Source: Pseudomonadota bacterium
Lineage (GTDB): Bacteria; Bdellovibrionota_B; Oligoflexia; Oligoflexales; CAIYRB01
Assembly: GCA_031416315.1 (NCBI GenBank)
Contig: JANOTL010000089.1
Location: 1 to 18,058 of the forward strand
Direction: 5' to 3'
DNA: 18,058 bases
Each line of letters starts with the position of its first letter. The stretch's first letter is position 1. This document shows, piece by piece, positions 8,376 to 14,606 of this stretch. Position numbers and translations under genes: made by a program. The notes below the pieces were generated by a model. The model saw only the letters and a program-made list of their open reading frames with translations, did not search any database and was not told the origin of the DNA.

Positions 8376-9290
8376 CTAGATTGCCGCCCTCGTTAGCTCC
8401 GTCCGCGGCACCACCGGCCCAAACTTACCATTCGCGTCGACGCCGATCTCGGCCGCCGGGATCTTCGTGTCGTGGGTGAAGAAGACGAGCCAATGGTCGC
8501 GCACGGCGAGCTCGTACAGTTTTTGCTTTTCGTCGATCAACAATTCCGGGAAGCGGTCGTAGCCCATCGTGATCGGCGCGTGCACCCAGGCGGTGCCCGG
8601 GATCAGATCTCCGGCGAAGAAGACGGTGCGGCCGCCGTCGTGCGCATAAAGCGTGTGCATGTGGCCCGGCGTGTGGCCGTCGGTGTAACGGAACGCCAGA
8701 CGGTCGGCGGCGGCGCGCAGGTCTGGACGTAGGGTTTGCAGAACCGCCATCGGCAGCCGCTCGCCCTCGACCACGACCATGCGCTGGGAAGCCTCCAGCT
8801 TCTCCACGAGGCCCGGGATGAACGAGGCGCGGTCTCGCGCATGCGGCGCACGCGCACGCGCGAGGGCCCCTTTTCCGACGACGTAACGGGCATTCGGGAA
8901 AAGCAGCCGGTCGTTGCCGGCGGCGATCTCTTCGTAGGATGGGAGGAGGCCGCCTGCGTGATCGAAGTGCAGGTGCGAGAGAATGACGAGGTCGACGTCG
9001 GCGTCGGTGAGCCCGAGCGCCTTTAGGCTGTCGAGAAGCACATGCCGGCGCTCGGTGACGCCGTAGCGCTCCGCGAGCTTCGGCTCGAAGAAGGCTCCGA
9101 TGCCGGCCTCGCAGAGGATGCGCACGCCGGAGATCTCGATCAAGAGCCCGCGGCTCGCGAGCTTGATGCGGTTCTTCGCGTCGACCTCGACCCACTTCTC
9201 CCACACGGCCCGGGGCGCGTTGCCGAACATCGCGCCGCCGTCGAGCCATTGCGAGTTGCCTTCGATGGCGCTGATGCGAGTCGGGTCCAT
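8376..9290 (-). CDS. MBL-fold metallo-hydrolase, YtnP-like
   Basis: Start ATG 9290 (MDPTRISAIEGNSQWLDGGAMFG); ILSHLHFDHAGG (HxHxDH), GHTPGH, FAGDLIP, MGYD, FFTHD; 304 aa. The ORF-track extension to 10667 is an antisense shadow. Confidence 0.93.
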   Translation of the reverse strand: MDPTRISAIEGNSQWLDGGAMFGNAPRAVWEKWVEVDAKNRIKLASRGLLIEISGVRILCEAGIGAFFEPKLAERYGVTERRHVLLDSLKALGLTDADVDLVILSHLHFDHAGGLLPSYEEIAAGNDRLLFPNARYVVGKGALARARAPHARDRASFIPGLVEKLEASQRMVVVEGERLPMAVLQTLRPDLRAAADRLAFRYTDGHTPGHMHTLYAHDGGRTVFFAGDLIPGTAWVHAPITMGYDRFPELLIDEKQKLYELAVRDHWLVFFTHDTKIPAAEIGVDANGKFGPVVPRTELTRAAI

Positions 9291-9424
9291 GAGCACGTCC
9301 GTTTCTTGGTACGACAAGATCGCAAAAACGCGGCGCATGGGCAACCGATCCGTCTGCTGATCATTCTTTAGGCTAATCGGCAAAAAGACGGCGTCGGGCG
9401 GACATTCGCGGGTCTCGTCCGGAC

Positions 9425-9447
9425 TTATCAACACTCGCTGTGGATAA
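9425..9447. promoter_or_regulatory. Inverted pair of DnaA-box-like 9-mers
   Basis: TTATCAACA (9425-9433; one mismatch to TTATCCACA), 5-nt gap, TGTGGATAA (9439-9447; perfect box on the minus strand). Confidence 0.6.
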
Positions 9448-9460
9448 CTTCCGAGACGTG

Positions 9461-9476
9461 TGTGATGACGCTCACC
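9461..9476. promoter_or_regulatory. CRP/FNR-family-like binding site
   Basis: TGTGA-TGACGC-TCACC, a 9/10 match to TGTGA-N6-TCACA, in the divergent intergenic region. Confidence 0.5.
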
Positions 9477-9644
9477 TCGCGCCTTTCGGCGGTTCGCCGT
9501 GTCTCGCAAAATCCAGACATTTCGTAAAGTTGGGGTGAAGAACGCGAAAACGCGGTGGTCGGATGAGAACGTGCTTCCGTTTTGCGGCGGCCTTCGGTAG
9601 CGTCTCTCCACTTCTCCCTGATCCCCGCTGAGGCCGACGCTCTG

Positions 9645-10772
9645 ATGTCCTTCCGTTCGCGCGCTTTTCTGTTGCTGTTCCTCCTTGGAAATGTCGTGAG
9701 CGCCCGCGCGCTCGCCTGGGGCGAGCGCGGCCACGATCTGATCGCGCGCGTTGCGTCGCGGCTCGTGATGGAAAGGGCGCCGGAGGACGACGGATTCGCG
9801 CCGATCTTCTTCTACAAGGAGCACGTCCTGGGCCACCTCGCCAACGTGCCCGACATCGTCTGGCGCGCGATGGGCAAGGAAATCGAGGACGAGAACGGGC
9901 CGACGCACTACGTCGACCTCGAATTCGTCGAGCCGAAGGCCAGGCCCGAGCTTAAGGACATGCCGCTCACCGTGGCGGCCCTCGAGGCGAAGATGAAGGC
10001 GCTTTGCGCCGCGCCGCGCGACGGTTTCAAGTGTCCGCCGGAGCCGACGGTGAAGACGTCCGGAAGCGCTCCCTTTCGCGTGCAGCAGCTCTGGAAGCTG
10101 ATGACCGGAGCGCTCGCGAAAGCCAAAGACGCGAAAGGCAAAGAGCTGAACGCCGCGGTCGACGAAGCGCTGCTCTACGGCGGCGTGATGGCCCATTTCG
10201 TCGGCGACCTCGCGAACCCGTGGCACACGACGGACGACTACAACGGCTACGCGACCGACCAAGGTGGCGTGCACAAATACTTCGAGGACGACGTCGTCAA
10301 CGTGCTCGACTTGAGGTTCGACCAAGATGTGCTCGACGCGGCGATGAAAGGGCCGGCGCCGTGGCTCGCGAAAGCGAAAGATCCGCTCGAGCTCGCTTGG
10401 TCTTTGACGCTCGATAGCAATGCGCGGCTCGCGAGCGTGCGCGCGATGGACGCGAAGCTTGCGGTGACGAAGAAGGGCTCCAGCGAGCGCGGCATGCATA
10501 TCAAGGCCGAGCGCAAGGATCCGAAGAGCGTGCGCGATGCGCTCCGCCCCGTGCTCGTCGAGCGCATGGCGGCCGCTTCGGGCACCCTGGCACGCCTTTG
10601 GACCATGGCCTGGGAGAGCGCCGGGAAGCCGGATTTGCGGAGCTTCCAGAGCTACACGTATCCGCACGCGCCGGCGTTCGTGAAGGTCGACTACCTCACG
10701 GCGGTTGCGCCGGAAACGGCCACGCCGGCACCCGCGGTGCCGCAGCCCGCGAGTCCGGCGCCGACGCCTTGA
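9645..10772 (+). CDS. Secreted S1/P1 nuclease / zinc-dependent phospholipase C superfamily protein
   Basis: ATG 9645 with GAGG upstream; signal peptide ending ALA, then mature N-terminus WGERGH (Trp1/His6 zinc ligands); ANVPD, HYVD, HFVGDLANPWH, HKYFE; Pro/Ala-rich tail. Confidence 0.87.
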   Translation: MSFRSRAFLLLFLLGNVVSARALAWGERGHDLIARVASRLVMERAPEDDGFAPIFFYKEHVLGHLANVPDIVWRAMGKEIEDENGPTHYVDLEFVEPKARPELKDMPLTVAALEAKMKALCAAPRDGFKCPPEPTVKTSGSAPFRVQQLWKLMTGALAKAKDAKGKELNAAVDEALLYGGVMAHFVGDLANPWHTTDDYNGYATDQGGVHKYFEDDVVNVLDLRFDQDVLDAAMKGPAPWLAKAKDPLELAWSLTLDSNARLASVRAMDAKLAVTKKGSSERGMHIKAERKDPKSVRDALRPVLVERMAAASGTLARLWTMAWESAGKPDLRSFQSYTYPHAPAFVKVDYLTAVAPETATPAPAVPQPASPAPTP

Positions 10773-10785
10773 GCCCCCGCGAGCC

Positions 10786-11139
10786 TTACGGGTTGACGGC
10801 GTCCGTCAGCACGCAGCCGCCCGTCTTCGTCACGTCGACGTTCACGCCGACCTTCGGGTGCGCGACCGAGAACGTGCCCTTGTTCGCCTGACTCAGCATT
10901 GCCATCTTGATGCAGTTGTTGCCGATGTCGTTGTTCGGCTGGGAGAGCGTGAGCTTGAGGCTGCCGAGGTCGCCCGAGACCGCGAGGAAGTTGCCGCCGT
11001 GGGTCACGGTCCTCGCGACGCCGTAATTCTTGACGACGAAGTTGTTGCCGAAGACGCCGCCGCCGGGGGGCAGGAGGTCGGCCTGAGCAGCGGTAGCACC
11101 GAGAAGACCAGCGAGGAAGAGCGCGAAAAAGCAACGCAT
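10786..11139 (-). CDS. Small secreted hypothetical protein (117 aa)
   Basis: AAGGAG RBS, signal peptide ending AQA, GC-rich third codon positions, beta-rich mature part with two Cys. No family recognised. Confidence 0.8.
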   Translation of the reverse strand: MRCFFALFLAGLLGATAAQADLLPPGGGVFGNNFVVKNYGVARTVTHGGNFLAVSGDLGSLKLTLSQPNNDIGNNCIKMAMLSQANKGTFSVAHPKVGVNVDVTKTGGCVLTDAVNP

Positions 11140-11179
11140 GCGGTAGCTCCTTGAGTCGTGAGCGGCGAGCTCGGTTCGA

Positions 11180-11407
11180 TCAGTTCAGGATGATGAAGGC
11201 GCTGAGGGCCCGGCGGTCGTTCGAGCTGGCCGCGACAGGCGTCGCGGCGGCGGCGCCCCCCGGCATGTCGGGCATGGTCACGGGGCCTTCCGGCTCCTCG
11301 GCCTTCACGGTGGACGCCGGCTCGGGCGTGCGGCAGGCGACCGCCACGAGCACTCCGGAGGCCAAGACGGCGAGTGCTGCGAGCACGGAGCACGGGGAGC
11401 GAAGCAT
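11180..11407 (-). CDS. Small putative lipoprotein (75 aa)
   Basis: AAGGAGG RBS; hydrophobic stretch ending in lipobox-like AVA-C; low-complexity P/E/A body; hydrophobic tail ALSAFIILN; near-consensus promoter upstream. Confidence 0.68.
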   Translation of the reverse strand: MLRSPCSVLAALAVLASGVLVAVACRTPEPASTVKAEEPEGPVTMPDMPGGAAAATPVAASSNDRRALSAFIILN

Positions 11408-11457
11408 GGGCGGAGCCCTCCTTCGGGTCGTTGCTTATGGACGGGTGGCGTGCCCGA

Positions 11458-11487
11458 ATTTTACGAGCTTCCGTTCTGCCGCGTCAA
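11458..11487 (-). promoter_or_regulatory. Near-consensus sigma70 promoter for the lipoprotein and secreted-protein genes
   Basis: Minus strand TTGACG (11487-11482), 18-nt spacer, TAAAAT (11463-11458). Confidence 0.7.
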
Positions 11488-11530
11488 GGAAGCCGGCCGG
11501 CGGTTGACCGCAAAATCGACCACCCGTCGC

Positions 11531-12175
11531 CTACAGGTACGCGGCGATCCCCAACTGCCAAGAAGCCAAGTTCGCCAAGGTGATCAAGGCGACGACCGTG
11601 AGCGGCCGCGGTCCCCGCGCGTCGCGCGTCATCGCCAGGACGAGGAGGATCTCGACCGCCGGGGCGAAGAGCTCCGCGCCGAGCACGAACGCCCGATAGT
11701 TCGGAATGAGGCAGGGCAGCGCGAAAAAGACGATCGGATGCGTGGCGACGTTGCCCCAGGCGAGGATCCGCGTCGTGCGGACGAGGCCGCGCCTGCCGAG
11801 CGCGAGCGCGTAGAACGGCGCCTCGAGCACGACGGTCGCGAAGAAGGTCGCCGCGTAGCCGACGGCGGCGAAGGGGCGCAGAGCCGTGAGCTCGCAGCTC
11901 GAGGCGACGCCTTCGAGCTGCCGCCAGCCGCCTTGCAAGAGGCCGAGCGGCGTGACCGGAAAGACCTCGTGCCAGCCGAGTCGCGGCCGCTCCCAGCCCG
12001 TCACGACAGAGACCGCGGCGACGACCATGAGAGGTACGGCGACAACCGCGAGGACGTCGACGGTGAGATGCGCCGCGCTCGCCCAGCTGGCGCGACGCGC
12101 GCTCGCGCTTTTTTCGGCATTCGCCCGCTCCGGTGACCGCGCGTCGGTCGCGTCCCTGGATTTGCCGCCCGTCAC
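11531..12175 (-). CDS. Hypothetical integral membrane protein (about 5 TM)
   Basis: GTG 12175 preceded by GAGGAGG overlapping the end of the upstream gene; hydrophobic helices carrying polar motifs TVVLEAP, GNVATHP, GAELFAPAVE, ANLAS. Confidence 0.78.
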   Translation of the reverse strand: MTGGKSRDATDARSPERANAEKSASARRASWASAAHLTVDVLAVVAVPLMVVAAVSVVTGWERPRLGWHEVFPVTPLGLLQGGWRQLEGVASSCELTALRPFAAVGYAATFFATVVLEAPFYALALGRRGLVRTTRILAWGNVATHPIVFFALPCLIPNYRAFVLGAELFAPAVEILLVLAMTRDARGPRPLTVVALITLANLASWQLGIAAYL

Positions 12176-12176
12176 G

Positions 12177-13250
12177 TCACCTCCTCGGCGCTAACGTTGC
12201 GCCGGTCAAGACGACGAGCGGCACGAGCTCCGCGAAGCCGTGATAGGCCGCCACCGCGAAGTAGATCTGCCGCGCCGCTCCGTACGAGAGCGCGATCCAA
12301 GTCCCCGTCAACACCACGGCGCCCGCGAGCGCGACGAGCGCGCCGCGGTCACCCAGCCGCGCCGCGAGCCGCGCGGCGGACTGGCGGAAAGAGCATGGAA
12401 TCGGCCGTCGATCGGCCGCCTCCGGCAAGGCGCGCAACCAAACGAAATAATGCATGCTCTGACCGAAGGCGTAGGCCGAGGTCGCAGCGGTCCAAAGCGT
12501 CGGGTCTTCCGTCCACGGCAAGATCGCGCTGCCAATGTCGATCGCCGAGAGTCCCGGAAAAGCGAGGCCCGCCGGCAAGGCGAGGCCGAAGACGGCCGGC
12601 ACGAACAAAAGACCGCTCACGAGCACGAACGCCAGGAGCGCGAGGAGCGCCACCTTGCGGTCGCGCGCCGTCGGCGCTTGGACCGCCCAGTGCACGAAGG
12701 CGAAGACGTTGTGCAAGAGGACCATCGCGCCGAGAAACACCGCCAAATGCCGCCAAGCCAAGGCCACGATCATCGCCGCCGTCGCCGCGATCACGATCCG
12801 AGCGCCGAGCGTTAGCCTGAGCAAAAGAAACACCACCGCAATCGTCACGGCGAAAAGCCCGAGCGTCGAATATGGCGCCCACTCCGACGGCGTCACGAGC
12901 CCCATGATCATGGAGGCGCCGAGGACCAAAGCCATGCCCTGGCTCCAGGCCGCAGACTTCTGCATGAGCGGCGCCATGGCGCGCGGCGCATATTGCGCCG
13001 TGGCCACCAAATGCATCGCCCCGAGGATCGCGGGCCCCAGGGCCAAGACCCAAAGCGGCGCAACGAGCGCGAGCGCGAGATTCAAGGTCATCATCCCCGC
13101 GGCCATCGCCGAGTGCCGCTGCGCGCGGTTGGTCCAAAGCGCGCGCGCGAGCGCAACTCCCAGCGTCCGCCGCAAAAACTGCTCGCGCGCCCGGTCCAAA
13201 GGCCGGCACGCCGCGTACACGGGTCGAAGGCTCGCCATGGGATTTTGCAC
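12177..13250 (-). CDS. Hypothetical polytopic membrane protein with intramembrane His motifs (candidate metalloenzyme)
   Basis: 357 aa (alternative start ATG 13238), about 9-10 hydrophobic segments; LGAMH, LLHN, GQSMHYFVWL, AAYHGFAE. Confidence 0.82.
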   Translation of the reverse strand: MQNPMASLRPVYAACRPLDRAREQFLRRTLGVALARALWTNRAQRHSAMAAGMMTLNLALALVAPLWVLALGPAILGAMHLVATAQYAPRAMAPLMQKSAAWSQGMALVLGASMIMGLVTPSEWAPYSTLGLFAVTIAVVFLLLRLTLGARIVIAATAAMIVALAWRHLAVFLGAMVLLHNVFAFVHWAVQAPTARDRKVALLALLAFVLVSGLLFVPAVFGLALPAGLAFPGLSAIDIGSAILPWTEDPTLWTAATSAYAFGQSMHYFVWLRALPEAADRRPIPCSFRQSAARLAARLGDRGALVALAGAVVLTGTWIALSYGAARQIYFAVAAYHGFAELVPLVVLTGATLAPRR

Positions 13251-13305
13251 ACCGACAGCTTAGCACGTCACGGGTTTGCCTCAGGAATTCCTCATGCCCG
13301 GCGCC

Positions 13306-13323
13306 GCAGTTTACCTATACTGC
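13306..13323 (+). promoter_or_regulatory. Putative -10 element of the exporter operon inside an operator-like palindrome
   Basis: TATACT (13316-13321) overlapped by GCAGT-N8-ACTGC (13306-13323), about 35 nt upstream of ATG 13356. Confidence 0.45.
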
Positions 13324-13355
13324 CAGTGTCCCTTTCCCCCACCCCGCGAGGTCTC

Positions 13356-14606
13356 ATGGCCAGCCGTCGCTTAAAGCTCTCCATCGTCGGCACGGTGCTC
13401 GTCCTCGCCGCCGTGGGGTTTGGCCTGCGCCAGCGCGCGCGCGCCAAACAGCGCGATGATGTCACCACCTACACTGTGAGCCGCAAGACCGTGCAGCACA
13501 CGCTCCAGCTCGCGGGCCGCGTGGTCCCGGTCACCTCGCTCGTCATTACGCCGCGCCAGTCGGGCCGCGTCGCCGCGATCGCCGTGCAAGAGGGCGCACA
13601 AGTGAAAGAGGGCGACCTCCTCTTCAGCATGACCCTAGAGGCACAAGGCCAGACCGAGCTCCTAGCGCAGCGCTCCGAGGTGCAGCGCCTCGAGCTCGAG
13701 GTCCAGGCGCAGAACGCCCGCCTGAACGAGAAGCGGCCGGTCCGCGAGCTCCTGGGCCAAGCCCAGATCTCCCGCGACGAGTCGACGCTCGAGGCGCAGC
13801 GCCTGGCCCTTCGCACCGCGAAGGACCGTCTGGCCGTCCTGGAGAAGGACCTGGGCCTGAGCGTGAAGGCGAAAAAGTCCGACAAGAGCGCGAACAACGG
13901 CATCGTCTACGTGAACGCGCCGAGCCCTGGCATCGTCACCCTGATCGACAAACGCCCGGGCGACTTCGTCCTGGGCGGCGGCGCCGGCGACGCCTCGGCC
14001 TCCGAGCGCATGGTCATGACGATCGCCGACATGTCGAGCCTGCTCGTGCGCACGCGCGTGCTCGAGGCCGACCTGCGCCATGTGACCAAGGACCTGCCCG
14101 TGAAGGTGAAGATCGACGCCTACCCCGAGAGCTCCTTCACCGGCGTCGTCCGCCGCATCGGCGGGCAAGGTCGCGTCGACACCAAGGGCGGCTACACGTA
14201 TTTCGACGTCGACGTGGGCATCGACCAGATGGATGCGCGAGCTCTGCCCGAGATGAATACGACGATCGAGCTGATCCTGGCGAAACGCGAGAACGTGCTC
14301 GCGCTGCCTTTGAACGCCGTCGCGATCTTTCCCGACCGAGCTCTCGTCCGCGTCCCTGACGAGTCGAAGGACGAAGGCTATGCCGAGAAGACCGTCAAGG
14401 TCGGCGTCGTCAGCGAGACCGAGGCGGAGATCGTCGAGGGCCTGGCCGAGAACGACAAGGTCCTCGAGATCGACTTCGCGGCGCTCGATCTCGACGGCGA
14501 CGGCGACGGGGGCGGCAGCGGCAAGGACGGGAAAAAGCGCAAAAAGAGCGGCGGCGGCGGCCGCGGGGGTCCGAAGGGCCTGGGCGGCGGCAAGGGCCGC
14601 TCATGA
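13356..14606 (+). CDS. macA: Efflux periplasmic adaptor / membrane fusion protein, MacA-like
   Basis: ATG 13356 after GAGG; N-terminal TM; lipoyl half-motifs SGRVAAIAVQEGAQVKEGDLL and APSPGIV; alpha-hairpin; EADLRHV; VKVG...EIVEGLAENDKV. Confidence 0.9.
   Translation: MASRRLKLSIVGTVLVLAAVGFGLRQRARAKQRDDVTTYTVSRKTVQHTLQLAGRVVPVTSLVITPRQSGRVAAIAVQEGAQVKEGDLLFSMTLEAQGQTELLAQRSEVQRLELEVQAQNARLNEKRPVRELLGQAQISRDESTLEAQRLALRTAKDRLAVLEKDLGLSVKAKKSDKSANNGIVYVNAPSPGIVTLIDKRPGDFVLGGGAGDASASERMVMTIADMSSLLVRTRVLEADLRHVTKDLPVKVKIDAYPESSFTGVVRRIGGQGRVDTKGGYTYFDVDVGIDQMDARALPEMNTTIELILAKRENVLALPLNAVAIFPDRALVRVPDESKDEGYAEKTVKVGVVSETEAEIVEGLAENDKVLEIDFAALDLDGDGDGGGSGKDGKKRKKSGGGGRGGPKGLGGGKGRS

Noticed and set aside
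9291..9644. Chromosomal replication origin
   Set aside because: Only two DnaA boxes, no clear AT-rich unwinding element, and no dnaA/dnaN/parAB-type neighbours.
9291..10667. 763-aa ORF fusing the MBL domain to an upstream region
   Set aside because: The extension is the antisense of the nuclease gene plus intergenic DNA; MBL similarity begins at 9290.
5746..10772. Cyclase, MBL and nuclease as a Pycsar/CBASS-like defence system
   Set aside because: The cyclase has ATP-specifying Lys/Asp and a CHASE2 sensor, there is no cyclic-nucleotide-binding effector, the genes are not co-oriented and the nuclease is secreted.
11183..11235. Resemblance of AASSNDRRALSA to an ssrA (tmRNA) tag
   Set aside because: It lies within an ordinary ORF, does not end in ALAA-stop, and no tRNA-like tmRNA ends are visible.
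12090..12114. Terminator-like hairpin GCGCGA-N7-TCGCGC-TTTTTT on the plus strand
   Set aside because: It is antisense within a CDS with no plus-strand gene to terminate, and is explained by GC richness plus GAA AAA codons.
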